Positions 17,452-27,206 of a DNA stretch of 64,000 nt are shown piece after piece. The DNA comes from Thermodesulfovibrio sp. (GTDB lineage Bacteria; Nitrospirota; Thermodesulfovibrionia; UBA6902). The stretch's first letter is position 1, and each line of letters begins with the position of its first letter. A program made the position numbers and the translations under genes. The stretch covers positions 30,579-94,578 of the forward strand of contig JALSHG010000012.1 in assembly GCA_026982355.1 (NCBI GenBank), read 5' to 3'. The notes beneath the pieces are model-generated. The model was not told the origin of the DNA, made no database searches, and saw only the letters and a program-made list of their open reading frames with translations.

Positions 17452-19626
17452 ATGGATCATTCCAGACACTCAGCCAAAGATGAACACGGTTCAATGAAAC
17501 ACGACATGAAGGCCCATGAGGGGGCGAAGGCCTCTCATGAGACACGTGAAGGTCATGATGACATGAAACATGAAGGATACGCAGGCCTCGGGGGACATGC
17601 GGGCCATGGTGAGCCCGGCGCTTCACATGTCCCTGCGGTCCATGAAGCACACGACAGGCACAAGGGGCATGCAGACCACCATTCACACATGGTGGCCGAT
17701 TTCAGAAAGCGCTTCTGGATATCCATGGTCGTTACCGTACCCGTGCTTGCCCTCTCGCCCCTGATACAGAGAGTCGCCGGTCTCGGCGAGTCTCTGAGAT
17801 TTGCAGGCGATCTCTATATCCTCTTCGGGCTTTCGTCTTTTGTCTTCTTCTACGGCGGCTACCCGTTCCTGAAGGGCCTCTTTAACGAACTCAGGAGCGT
17901 TAAACCGGGTATGATGACCCTGATAGCCATTGCCATCACAACCGCATATGTTTACAGCAGCGTGGTTGTCTTCGGGCTGAAGGGAAAGGTTTTTTTCTGG
18001 GAGCTGGCCACACTGATCGATATCATGCTTCTCGGCCACTGGATAGAGATGAAGTCCATTATGGGAGCATCGCGCGCCCTCGAAGAGCTTGCAAAGCTGA
18101 TGCCTTCGGAGGCGCATAAGCTCATGCCCGACGGCAGTGTGCGGGATGTGGCGCTGGATGAACTCAAGACCGGCGACAGGGTCCTGGTGAAGCCCGGGGA
18201 GAAGATACCCGCTGACGGCGATGTTGTTGCCGGAGGCTCGTCCGTAAATGAGGCCATGCTCACAGGGGAGTCAATGCCTGTATCCAAAAAACCCGGCGAC
18301 AGGGTTATAGGGGGATCCATAAACGGTGAAGGGTCGATTACGGTTGAAATCAAAAAGACGGGCAGGGACTCGTTTCTCTCACAGGTAATCGAGCTTGTAA
18401 AAGAGGCCCAGGAGAGCAAGTCCAAAACCCAGGACCTGGCAAACCGGGCTGCACTGTGGCTCACGGTCATAGCCCTTGGAGGCGGGGCGATAACGATCTT
18501 TATCTGGCTGGTCCTGATGAATAAGGACTTTGCCTTTGCCCTTGAAAGAACGGTCACGGTCATGGTTATCGCCTGTCCGCATGCACTGGGACTTGCCGTG
18601 CCCCTCGTAGTTGCCGTCTCTACCGCGCTTTCTGCAAGCAACGGTCTTTTAATAAGAAACCGTACAGCCTTTGAGAAGGCCCGGAACATACAGGCCATTA
18701 TATTCGACAAGACAGGCACCCTCACGGAAGGCCGTTTCGGCGTTACCGATACCGTGGTCTTTAAGGACGGCACGGACGAAAAGGAGATTATCAAATATGC
18801 AGCATCCGTAGAGGCACATTCAGAGCATCCCATAGCAAAAGGCATAGTCGCTTCATCCCCTGAAACATACCCGGTCGAGGGCTTCATGGCGATCCCGGGC
18901 AAGGGGGCGGAAGGCAGGGTGAACGGCAGGGATGTGAAAGTCGTGAGCCCCGGATATTTGAGAGAGAATAATATCAAGATCAATGACGGAAGGATTGAAA
19001 AGCTGTCGGCGCAGGGGAAAACGGTTGTCTTCGTTATGATCGACGGTGAGTTGAAAGGCGCAGTGGCGCTGGCCGACATTATAAGGCCGGAGTCCAAAGA
19101 GGCGATCTCCCTGCTCAGGGGCATGGGTATCCAGTGCATGATGCTTACAGGCGACAACCGGCAGGTCGCCGCCTGGGTGGCCGGGGAACTGCAGCTTGAC
19201 GATTACTTTGCCGAGGTGCTGCCTCATGAGAAATCGGCAAAGGTGAAGGAAGTCCAGGCAAGAAACCTGGTGGTTGCAATGACCGGCGACGGTGTGAACG
19301 ACGCTCCGGCCCTTGCCCAGGCCGATGTGGGCATCGCCATCGGCGCAGGCACCGATGTGGCGGTGGAGACAGCGGACATCATACTGGTCAGGAGCAATCC
19401 CCTCGATGCAGTGGCAATACTCGGCCTTGCACGGGCGACGTACAGGAAGATGATACAGAACCTCGCGTGGGCCACGGGATACAATGCCTTTGCCATTCCT
19501 CTCGCGGCGGGGGCGCTTTACAAGGCGGGGATACTGCTCACCCCGGCGATGGGAGCCGTGCTGATGTCGCTGAGCACCGTGATAGTGGCCATCAACGCAA
19601 GGTTCCTGAAGGTTGAAAAGAGATAG
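17452..19626 (+). CDS. copB: Heavy-metal translocating P1B-type ATPase, CopB-like (His-rich N-terminus, CPH motif)
   Basis: 724 aa; N-terminal ~85 aa rich in His; TM6 CPH motif ([13 protein letters not shown]); DKTGT phosphorylation site; GDGVNDAP hinge. Confidence 0.85.
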   Translation: MDHSRHSAKDEHGSMKHDMKAHEGAKASHETREGHDDMKHEGYAGLGGHAGHGEPGASHVPAVHEAHDRHKGHADHHSHMVADFRKRFWISMVVTVPVLALSPLIQRVAGLGESLRFAGDLYILFGLSSFVFFYGGYPFLKGLFNELRSVKPGMMTLIAIAITTAYVYSSVVVFGLKGKVFFWELATLIDIMLLGHWIEMKSIMGASRALEELAKLMPSEAHKLMPDGSVRDVALDELKTGDRVLVKPGEKIPADGDVVAGGSSVNEAMLTGESMPVSKKPGDRVIGGSINGEGSITVEIKKTGRDSFLSQVIELVKEAQESKSKTQDLANRAALWLTVIALGGGAITIFIWLVLMNKDFAFALERTVTVMVIACPHALGLAVPLVVAVSTALSASNGLLIRNRTAFEKARNIQAIIFDKTGTLTEGRFGVTDTVVFKDGTDEKEIIKYAASVEAHSEHPIAKGIVASSPETYPVEGFMAIPGKGAEGRVNGRDVKVVSPGYLRENNIKINDGRIEKLSAQGKTVVFVMIDGELKGAVALADIIRPESKEAISLLRGMGIQCMMLTGDNRQVAAWVAGELQLDDYFAEVLPHEKSAKVKEVQARNLVVAMTGDGVNDAPALAQADVGIAIGAGTDVAVETADIILVRSNPLDAVAILGLARATYRKMIQNLAWATGYNAFAIPLAAGALYKAGILLTPAMGAVLMSLSTVIVAINARFLKVEKR

Positions 19627-19909
19627 CCTTCGTAATGGTAACGGGTATATTATTGCTTTTAGAGCCTCCTGCAAAAGTCCTCCGTCAGTCACATCGAGCG
19701 GAGAGAGGGGTCTTATAACTCATCGATGCCGAAAGATTTCCTCCTTTGGTCGAGATGACATATACAGGCATTTTCATACTTTTGCAAGAGGCTCCGGTGT
19801 TAAAGTCTTTCAACGATTTGCCGTAGAAACAAGATGAACTTTATGTTATATAAGACGGGGGCTGCCGGCAATATTCCGATGTGACCGCAAAGAGGAGAAA
19901 GGAAGCATT

Positions 19910-20524
19910 ATGAGCGCTGCAAAGGCATCGAAGAAGACAAAAAAATGCGAGCACTGCAACAAAAACATGAATATCAAATACAGCATATGCCCCCACTGCG
20001 GGGGCCGGCAGCACGAAACAGGCGGCTCTCTCGCTCCGGAATGCCCGAGATGCAAAGTAGGGCTTGAACTCCTCGTTACCGACGGTGAGGAATATGATAT
20101 CTGCCCGCGGTGCAACGGCGTATGGCTTGACAGGGATGAATTCCGCAGGGCCACCATGCAAAGAACCGTCTACCGGAAGGTAAAGACCGGTGATGAATAT
20201 ATAAGGAGTCCTGTCCGCGGGCCTGTTGAATATATACCGTGCGTCCGGTGCGGAAAGCTGATGAACAGGAGGAACTTCGGTAAAATCTCGGGGGTGATAA
20301 TCGACAGGTGCAGCAGGCACGGGGTCTGGCTCGATGCAGGAGAACTCGGTAAAATACAGCACTTTATAGCGGACGGCGGGCTTGACAGGTCGCGCGATAA
20401 AGAGATTGCAAAGAACCGCGCCGCAATAAAAGATCTCGCCCTGAATGTCGACCAGAATACTTTTACAGTGAGACTTCTCCACTTCTGGAATTTCAAGAGA
20501 CTGCTCTTCAGGGGCTGGCGGTAG
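19910..20524 (+). CDS. Hypothetical protein with three Cys4 zinc ribbons (two zf-TFIIB/YfgJ-like CPxC...CxxCxGxWLD units)
   Basis: 204 aa; CEHC...CPHCGG, then CPRC..(17)..CPRCNGVWLDRDEF and CVRC..(17)..CSRHGVWLDAGEL repeats. Confidence 0.6.
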   Translation: MSAAKASKKTKKCEHCNKNMNIKYSICPHCGGRQHETGGSLAPECPRCKVGLELLVTDGEEYDICPRCNGVWLDRDEFRRATMQRTVYRKVKTGDEYIRSPVRGPVEYIPCVRCGKLMNRRNFGKISGVIIDRCSRHGVWLDAGELGKIQHFIADGGLDRSRDKEIAKNRAAIKDLALNVDQNTFTVRLLHFWNFKRLLFRGWR

Positions 20525-20674
20525 CCGGCTGCACGACATCCATCATTATCCGGTTTTTTCCGGGAAGGCATGAGGCGCCGGCAGGAGCGGAACGCCGGGG
20601 GAGTGCATTTTCACGGATGATGGAACACCGGTGGGATTGGTGATTTGAATGATTTGACTAACCTTTCGTGAATC

Positions 20675-20898
20675 GGTTAATCTTAATGTTGCGTTAAATT
20701 GCTGGCAGCAGGGAGGTGGACCTGCCGGAAAAGCTTTTACCTGTAACTCCCTCGGCGAGTACTTTGCGGGGCATACCGGCGCCGCTCCGGAACTCACACG
20801 CGGTAAATCTCTCCCGCATTCACTCGGCTCTTGATATCCATCGCATTGCACTGGTGTTACGGCAGGCTCAACCGCCCTGTTTTATGCAATATCTGACG
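20675..20898. repeat. Possible longer (~220 bp) MITE-like variant bounded by AATCTTAATGTTGCGTTAAA (20678-20697) and TTTTATGCAATATCTGACGG (20879-20898); internal segment resembles the family core
   Basis: Inverted terminal arms about 180 bp apart upstream of lipA; internal CAGCAGGGAGGTGGACCTGCCGGAAAAGC resembles core of copy at 26800. Confidence 0.4.
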
Positions 20899-20912
20899 GA
20901 GTCGGTTTTTTT

Positions 20913-21761
20913 ATGAGACATCCCGGGTGGATAAAGGTTCAATCGACAGGCGCCCATGAGACCAGGAAACTCCTCAGGCGGCACGGCCTGTCGAGTGTCT
21001 GCGAAGAGGCGAGATGCCCCAATCAGGGAAGGTGCTTTTCCAGGGGCACGGCGGCGTTCATGATACTCGGCGACAGGTGCACGAGGAACTGTTCATTCTG
21101 TGCGGTTGATTCATCGAAACCGCTTCCCCCTGACCCCGGTGAACCCGCGAGAGTCGCGGAGGCGGTATCGGACCTCGGGCTGGATTTCGTGGTCATCACA
21201 TCCGTAACCAGGGATGACCTGCCCGACGGGGGTGCAGGGCAGTTCGCCGCAACCGTGGAGGCGATAAGGAAGATCAACGGCTCAACACGGATAGAGGTTC
21301 TGACACCGGACTTCAGGGGGGATACGGAAGCCCTGAGGACCGTCCTGCGGGCGGCTCCGGACGTGTTCAACCACAATGTTGAAACCGTCCCTTCGCTGTA
21401 CCCGGAAGTCAGGGCCATGGCCGACTATTCAACATCAATAAATATCCTGAAAACGGCAAAGGCGCTTTATCCTGAAACAAGGACCAAGTCCGGTATAATG
21501 CTCGGCCTCGGTGAGAGCAGGGCCGAGGTGCTGTCGGTTATGAGAGACCTGAGAGAGGCGGACTGCGATTTCCTCACAATCGGCCAGTACCTGCGGCCCC
21601 GGAGGGATAATATCCCCGTCGCGGAATATATCACTCCCGAGGTGTTCGGGCAGTACAGGGTCACCGCGCTTGAAATGGGTTTCAGGGCGGTTGCGGCTTC
21701 ACCCCTGACAAGGAGTTCCATGGATGCGTCGCTGATGTTTGAAAATTGCAAACCGTATTAG
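20913..21761 (+). CDS. lipA: Lipoyl synthase
   Basis: 282 aa; radical SAM CTRNCSFC plus N-terminal CEEARCPN cluster motif. Confidence 0.95.
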   Translation: MRHPGWIKVQSTGAHETRKLLRRHGLSSVCEEARCPNQGRCFSRGTAAFMILGDRCTRNCSFCAVDSSKPLPPDPGEPARVAEAVSDLGLDFVVITSVTRDDLPDGGAGQFAATVEAIRKINGSTRIEVLTPDFRGDTEALRTVLRAAPDVFNHNVETVPSLYPEVRAMADYSTSINILKTAKALYPETRTKSGIMLGLGESRAEVLSVMRDLREADCDFLTIGQYLRPRRDNIPVAEYITPEVFGQYRVTALEMGFRAVAASPLTRSSMDASLMFENCKPY

Positions 21762-21816
21762 AAAAAATATCAGAAATATGTAATAATTTGCAGATACACG
21801 TTATACGGGAGACACT

Positions 21817-22989
21817 ATGTATGAATTCAAGAGAGTAAAACGCCTGCCCCCTTATGTCTTTGCCATTGTAAACCACCTCAAGATGGAGGCAAGGAGAAAG
21901 GGGGAGGACATTATAGACCTCGGCATGGGCAACCCGGACCTGCCGACTCCGCAGCACATTGTGGAGAAGCTCGTAGAGGCTGCAAGGAACCCCAGGAACC
22001 ACAGGTATTCGGCCTCAAAGGGCATAACGCAGTTGAGGCTTGCGATATGCGAGTGGTACAAAAGGAGGTTCGATGTGGACCTCGACCATGAAACCGAGGC
22101 GGTGATCACGATCGGGTCAAAAGAGGGACTGTCCCATCTCGCCTACGCGATGATAGAGCCCGGGGACCTCGTACTGACCCCGGCCCCGGCCTATCCCATA
22201 CATCCGTACAGCTTCATACTTGCAGGCGCTGATGTAAGGAGCATCCCGGTGCAGAAGGACGCCGACTTTTTTGAGACCATGGAGAATGAGTTCAGGGCCG
22301 CCTGGCCGAGACCCAAGGTGCTCCTCATCAACTTTCCGCACAATCCGACAACCACGTGCACCGACACCGGATTTTTCCGGAGAGTGGTGGATTTTGCAAA
22401 GGAGAACAACATTATCGTGCTTCACGATTTTGCCTATGCGGACCTGACGTTTGACGGCTACAGCCCCCCCAGTTTCCTGCAGGTGCCCGGTGCGAAAGAT
22501 GTGGGCGTGGAGTTTTTCTCCCTGACCAAGAGCTATTCAATGGCGGGATGGAGGGTCGGCTTCTGCTGCGGCAACAGGGAGCTTGTGGGTGCGCTTACAA
22601 CCATAAAGAGCTACCTTGATTACGGCATGTTCCAGCCGATCCAGATTGCAAGCATAATTGCGCTGAGGGGACCGCAGGACTGTGTCGGAAAGATAGCAAA
22701 GACTTACGAGAGCAGGAGAAACGTACTGATACAGGGACTTAAAAAAGCAGGGTGGGACATAGAACCTCCGAGGGCAACTATGTTTGTCTGGGCCGCCATA
22801 CCCGAGCCTTTCAGAAACATGGGGTCCCTTGAGTTTTCAAAGTTTCTCATAAAAAGCGCCGGAGTGGCGGTCTCACCCGGTATAGGATTCGGACCCGCAG
22901 GAGAAGGGTTTGTCCGGTTTGCGCTGGTTGAAAACGAGCACAGGATCAGGCAGGCGGTAAGGGGAATCAAAAAGGCCCTGAATAAATAG
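21817..22989 (+). CDS. Class I/II PLP-dependent aminotransferase (AlaT/AspC-like)
   Basis: 390 aa; fold type I aminotransferase; adjacent to hom as in many asp-family clusters. Confidence 0.8.
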   Translation: MYEFKRVKRLPPYVFAIVNHLKMEARRKGEDIIDLGMGNPDLPTPQHIVEKLVEAARNPRNHRYSASKGITQLRLAICEWYKRRFDVDLDHETEAVITIGSKEGLSHLAYAMIEPGDLVLTPAPAYPIHPYSFILAGADVRSIPVQKDADFFETMENEFRAAWPRPKVLLINFPHNPTTTCTDTGFFRRVVDFAKENNIIVLHDFAYADLTFDGYSPPSFLQVPGAKDVGVEFFSLTKSYSMAGWRVGFCCGNRELVGALTTIKSYLDYGMFQPIQIASIIALRGPQDCVGKIAKTYESRRNVLIQGLKKAGWDIEPPRATMFVWAAIPEPFRNMGSLEFSKFLIKSAGVAVSPGIGFGPAGEGFVRFALVENEHRIRQAVRGIKKALNK

Positions 22990-23032
22990 GGCGGTGAGAG
23001 GGGACGGCGCATGATTTATAATTTACAGTGGA

Positions 23033-24349
23033 GTGAAAACTGAAATGAATGTTATATCTGTCGGCATCATAGGATTCGGAACCGTGGGCACGGGAACCGC
23101 AAGAATACTCACGGAGCGGCGCAGGGAGCTTGAAACCAGGCTGGGGTTTTCCGTGGCCCTGAAAAATATCGCCGACCTTGATACGAAACGCGACAGGGGC
23201 GTGAAACTCGGCAGGGGCGTCCTGATCCGCGATGCGGACGCCATACTGGAAGACCCGGATATCGATATCGTGGTGGAGTTGATCGGCGGTATCCATCCGG
23301 CAAAGGAGATTATACTCAGGGCCATTGAAAACGGCAAACACGTCGTCACCGCGAACAAGGCGCTTCTTGCCGAAGAAGGCAGGGAGATTTTCAGGGCCGC
23401 CGCAAGACACAGGGTGGATATCGGGTTTGAGGCCGCGGTTGCCGGCAGTATCCCGATAATAAAAGTCGTCAGGGAGTCCCTTGCAGGGAACCGGATCAGG
23501 AACATATACGGAATCATCAACGGGACCGCCAACTACATCCTGACAAAGATGACGGAAGAAGGCGTGGACTTTGATACAGCCCTCCGGGAGGCGCAGGAAC
23601 TCGGATATGCGGAGGCTGATCCCACATTCGATATCGAGGGCGTTGATTCAGCGCACAAGCTTGCAATACTCGCCTCGCTTTCCTTCGGCATCCCCTTTTC
23701 CTTCAAAAAGATATATACTGAGGGCATAACCGCCGTAACACCGCTGGATATACAGTTTGCGTCGGAATTCGGGTATAAGATAAAGCTGGTTGCAATAGCC
23801 AAGCAGGCTGACGGGGAAGTGGAACTCAGGGTTCATCCGACGATGATCCCGGACAATGAGCTTGTTTCAGGCGTCGGCGGCGTGTTCAACGCCGTTTATA
23901 TCGAAGGAGACGCAACAGGCCCCGCGCTTTATTACGGCAGGGGGGCCGGTGAGATGCCGACCGGGAGCGCCGTCGTGAGTGACATCATAGATATTGCGCG
24001 GAATATAAAGACAGGGGCGGTCGAGAGATTCGGGCGCGCCGGAATCCCCGTGAATCCCGGTATCAGGATCAGAAAAATGCAGGATATACGCACGGGTTAT
24101 TATCTCCGCTTCTCAGCCATTGACAAACCGGGGGTCCTTTCAAAGATATCCGGCATCCTCGGTGGTTACAATATCAGCATCAAGTCCATGATCCAGAAGG
24201 GCAGGAAAAGGGAAAAGGCCGTGCCCGTGGTCATGATGACCCATGAGGCAAGGGAGAAGGACATGATGCAGGCATTAAGGAAAATCGACCGCCTTGCGGT
24301 TGTATCAGGCAGGACAATGTACCTGAGGGTCGAGGGAGGAGAGGAATGA
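23033..24349 (+). CDS. hom: Homoserine dehydrogenase with C-terminal ACT domain
   Basis: 438 aa; VGIIGFGTVGTG NAD motif and ACT domain at C-terminus. Confidence 0.9.
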   Translation: MKTEMNVISVGIIGFGTVGTGTARILTERRRELETRLGFSVALKNIADLDTKRDRGVKLGRGVLIRDADAILEDPDIDIVVELIGGIHPAKEIILRAIENGKHVVTANKALLAEEGREIFRAAARHRVDIGFEAAVAGSIPIIKVVRESLAGNRIRNIYGIINGTANYILTKMTEEGVDFDTALREAQELGYAEADPTFDIEGVDSAHKLAILASLSFGIPFSFKKIYTEGITAVTPLDIQFASEFGYKIKLVAIAKQADGEVELRVHPTMIPDNELVSGVGGVFNAVYIEGDATGPALYYGRGAGEMPTGSAVVSDIIDIARNIKTGAVERFGRAGIPVNPGIRIRKMQDIRTGYYLRFSAIDKPGVLSKISGILGGYNISIKSMIQKGRKREKAVPVVMMTHEAREKDMMQALRKIDRLAVVSGRTMYLRVEGGEE

Positions 24350-24350
24350 A

Positions 24351-24599
24351 ATGGGTGATATAAAAATAGACAAGCACCTGGATATAAGGGGAGAGGTATG
24401 CCCGTACACCCTGGTGAAGTCAAAGCTCGGTGTCGAGTCCATAGAAGTGGGACAGGTGATAGAGATAATCCTGGATTATCCGGAGGCCGCGGAGAGCATC
24501 CCGAAGGCAATGCTCAATTACGGGCATTCGGTCATTAAGGTGGAAAAAATCAATCCAAAGGAATGGATTGTCCAAATAAGAAAAGAGGTTGAAGACTGA
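24351..24599 (+). CDS. tusA: TusA-family sulfurtransferase
   Basis: 82 aa; DIRGEVCPYT (CPxP) active-site motif. Confidence 0.8.
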   Translation: MGDIKIDKHLDIRGEVCPYTLVKSKLGVESIEVGQVIEIILDYPEAAESIPKAMLNYGHSVIKVEKINPKEWIVQIRKEVED

Positions 24600-25399
24600 T
24601 GGAATTCACGGAAGAACAGTTAAAGAGATACAGCAGGCATATAATCCTGCCCGAAGTGGGCGGCAAGGGACAGAAGAAGATTTCAGGGGCGAAGGTCCTC
24701 ATAGTCGGCGCAGGCGGACTGGGCTGCCCCGCGGGGTATTATCTTGCGGCGGCCGGGGTCGGCACCCTGGCAATCGTGGATAACGACACCGTGGAGCTCA
24801 GCAACCTGCAGAGGCAGATAGCACACAGTGTAAAGACACTCAATGTCAACAAGGCCGAGTCGGCCAAACAGACCTTTGAGGCGCTGAACCCCGACGTCAA
24901 CGTGATCGCGGTAAAGGAAAGGATAAACAGCAGGAACATCCTTAACCTTATAAGGGATTATGATATTATTGTGGACGGCACGGACAATTTTCCCACGAGA
25001 TACCTGATCAATGATGCATGCGTAATGCTCCGCAAGCCGCTCGTCAGCGGGGCCATTCTCAGGTTCGAGGGGCAGGTGACCGCCATACTGCCCGGTGAGG
25101 GGCCTTGCTACCGCTGTCTGTTTGAAGAACCGCCTCCGCCCGGGCTTGTTCCTTCATGCCAGGAGGCCGGAGTGCTCGGAGTTCTTCCCGGTGTTATCGG
25201 GGCATTGCAGGCAACCGAGGTGCTTAAACTGATCCTCGGGAAGGGCCTGCCCTTAAAGGGCAGTCTGCTGATATATGACGCCCTCGGGGTGAATTTCAGG
25301 AAGGTAAAAATACCCAGGAACGATAACTGCCCTGTATGCGGTAAAAACCCCCGCATTAAAGAGCTGAGCGACCTTCCGGAAGAGTACTGCTCGATATAA
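24599..25399 (+). CDS. ThiF/MoeB/MoeZ-family E1-like adenylyltransferase for sulfur-carrier proteins
   Basis: 266 aa; LIVGAGGLGCPAGYYLAAAGVG nucleotide motif; C-terminal CxxC...CxxC zinc site (CYRC, CPVC). Confidence 0.85.
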   Translation: MEFTEEQLKRYSRHIILPEVGGKGQKKISGAKVLIVGAGGLGCPAGYYLAAAGVGTLAIVDNDTVELSNLQRQIAHSVKTLNVNKAESAKQTFEALNPDVNVIAVKERINSRNILNLIRDYDIIVDGTDNFPTRYLINDACVMLRKPLVSGAILRFEGQVTAILPGEGPCYRCLFEEPPPPGLVPSCQEAGVLGVLPGVIGALQATEVLKLILGKGLPLKGSLLIYDALGVNFRKVKIPRNDNCPVCGKNPRIKELSDLPEEYCSI

Positions 25400-25426
25400 A
25401 CCTTAATGTTGCATAAAACCACCGCC
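25399..25426. repeat. Half copy (AACCTTAATGTTGCATAAAACCACCGCC) abutting the moeB/thiF stop codon
   Basis: Direct reading. Confidence 0.7.
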
Positions 25427-25539
25427 TCGCATACTCCCCCTTTGCCCGGGAGGGGCCTGAGTGGAAAATTCCGTGCTGTTGAATTATTATCGGATTTACC
25501 GTAATCTATTTGAATGCTGATGATCGTGGAGGCTACTAA

Positions 25540-26778
25540 ATGGGTTTCGTAAAAGGACTTAAATGCAGGGAATGCGGAAGGGAATACGCGGTTGACCCCA
25601 TATATGTGTGTGAGTTCTGCTTCGGCCCCCTGGAGGTTGTTTATGATTATGACGGGATCATGGATGTCCTGACAAGGGAAGAGATACTGTCAAGGCCCCA
25701 GAACCTGTGGCGTTACAAGGAGCTGATGCCGATAGACGGGGAGCCCACGAGCGGGCTTAACTCCGGGTTTACGCCGCTTGTGAAGGCAGACAAGCTGGGC
25801 GGGTATCTCGGGCTGAAGGAACTTTACATAAAGGATGACACCGTCACACACCCGACACTTTCTTTCAAGGACAGGGTTGTGGCCGTTGCATTGTCCAAGG
25901 CCAGGGAGTTCGGATTCGACACTGTTGCATGCGCCTCCACAGGGAATCTCGCCCATTCGGTGTCGGCTCACGGCGCTGCCGCGGGTTTCAGGAGATTCAT
26001 CTTCATCCCGGCAAGCCTTGAACGCAGCAAGATAGTTGCATCGCTTGCGTATGAGCCGAATCTCATAGCCGTTGACGGCAACTATGACGATGTCAACAGG
26101 CTCTGCAGCGAGGTGGCCAATAAATATCCGTGGGCGTTTGTAAACATAAATATCAGGCCGTTCTATGCAGAGGGATCGAAGTCCCAGGGATACGAGATCG
26201 TGGAGCAGCTCGGATGGAAGGCGCCGGATGCAATCGTTGTGCCGTGCGCGAGCGGTTCTTTAATGACAAAGATATGGAAGAGCCTCAAAGAGATGAATCG
26301 GATCGGTCTTATCGGCGAAGTGCAGACAAAGATTTTTTCCGCGCAGGCGACCGGCTGTTCCCCTATCGTAAGGGCTATAAAGGAAGGCGTTGATGTGATC
26401 AAACCCGTAAAACCCGATACGGTGGCAAAATCCCTTGCCATCGGAAATCCCGCAGACGGCTTTTACGCCACTCAGGTTGTCAAGGAAAGCGGAGGGTTCG
26501 GAGCGGATGTATCCGATGCCGAGATAATAGAGGCGATAAAGCTTCTTGCAAGGACGGAGGGGATTTTTGCCGAGACCGCCGGCGGTGTAACGCTCGCCTC
26601 TGCAATAAAGCTGATGGAAAGCGGGCACATAGCCAAGGATGCCGTGACGGTTCTCAGCATTACAGGCAACGGCCTCAAGACCAAAGAGGCCATCATGGGA
26701 CATACGGCCGAGCCTCACCATATCGATCCCAACCTGAAGTCATTTGAGGAGGCATTGAAGAAGATCAACGCGGCTTGA
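25540..26778 (+). CDS. Threonine synthase-like PLP enzyme (fold type II) with N-terminal zinc ribbon; candidate carrier-protein-thiocarboxylate-dependent sulfhydrylase (MetM-like)
   Basis: 412 aa; CRECG...CEFC ribbon; PLP-lysine motif SFKDR; encoded between the E1-like gene and the ThiS-like carrier; a canonical thrC lies downstream. Confidence 0.7.
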   Translation: MGFVKGLKCRECGREYAVDPIYVCEFCFGPLEVVYDYDGIMDVLTREEILSRPQNLWRYKELMPIDGEPTSGLNSGFTPLVKADKLGGYLGLKELYIKDDTVTHPTLSFKDRVVAVALSKAREFGFDTVACASTGNLAHSVSAHGAAAGFRRFIFIPASLERSKIVASLAYEPNLIAVDGNYDDVNRLCSEVANKYPWAFVNINIRPFYAEGSKSQGYEIVEQLGWKAPDAIVVPCASGSLMTKIWKSLKEMNRIGLIGEVQTKIFSAQATGCSPIVRAIKEGVDVIKPVKPDTVAKSLAIGNPADGFYATQVVKESGGFGADVSDAEIIEAIKLLARTEGIFAETAGGVTLASAIKLMESGHIAKDAVTVLSITGNGLKTKEAIMGHTAEPHHIDPNLKSFEEALKKINAA

Positions 26779-26782
26779 GATA

Positions 26783-26880
26783 ACCTTAATGTGGTGGCAT
26801 CCACGTGCAGAGGAGTCTGCCGGAAAACCTGCCGCACACTCCTCTGCTCCGCCGCCGGTATTTCATGCAACTGTAAGGAC
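26783..26880. repeat. Full-length copy of a dispersed palindromic intergenic element (arms AACCTTAATGTGGTGGCAT / ATGCAACTGTAAGG; inner inverted repeat GCAGAGGAGT / ACTCCTCTGC)
   Basis: Direct reading; arms are reverse complements; same family as copies listed below. Confidence 0.8.
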
Positions 26881-26906
26881 TCAAAATTTTTCAAGGAGGA
26901 AGATAA

Positions 26907-27206
26907 ATGGCTGTTAAAGTGAAAATCCCCGTGCCCCTTCAGCGGCTTACGGGGGGACGGGAAGAAGTCGAGGGAACACCCGGCACCATAATATCGCTTA
27001 TCAACGACCTTGATCGGAAGTACCCCGGACTTGCCGAGAGAATATCCGAGGGAGGAAAGATCAGGAGATTTGTCAATGTCTATGTTAATGAAGAGGATGT
27101 GAGATTCATGAAAAACGAGGAAACGGAAGTCAAGGACGGTGACGAAGTCTCTATAGTCCCTGCAATCGCAGGGGGCGGTGTTTTCTGTAAAAAAGGAGGA
27201 CGGTGA
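26907..27206 (+). CDS. ThiS/MoaD/CysO-like sulfur carrier protein with internal GlyGly followed by a short C-terminal extension
   Basis: 99 aa beta-grasp-sized protein ...VSIVPAIAGGGVFCKKGGR; strong RBS; 3' end overlaps next gene start. Confidence 0.65.
   Translation: MAVKVKIPVPLQRLTGGREEVEGTPGTIISLINDLDRKYPGLAERISEGGKIRRFVNVYVNEEDVRFMKNEETEVKDGDEVSIVPAIAGGGVFCKKGGR

Noticed and set aside
19841-20539. 232-aa minus-strand ORF overlapping the zinc-ribbon gene
   Set aside because: The plus-strand frame shows a regular triple Cys4 ribbon architecture with conserved WLD motifs. The minus-strand product has no motif.
26783-26880. Sigma-54 promoter interpretation of the repeated TGGCAT/TTGCAT...TGCAG motif
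   Set aside because: GG and GC dinucleotides are spaced N9 rather than the required N10, and copies occur in both orientations and at gene 3' ends. Better explained as a REP/MITE-like element.
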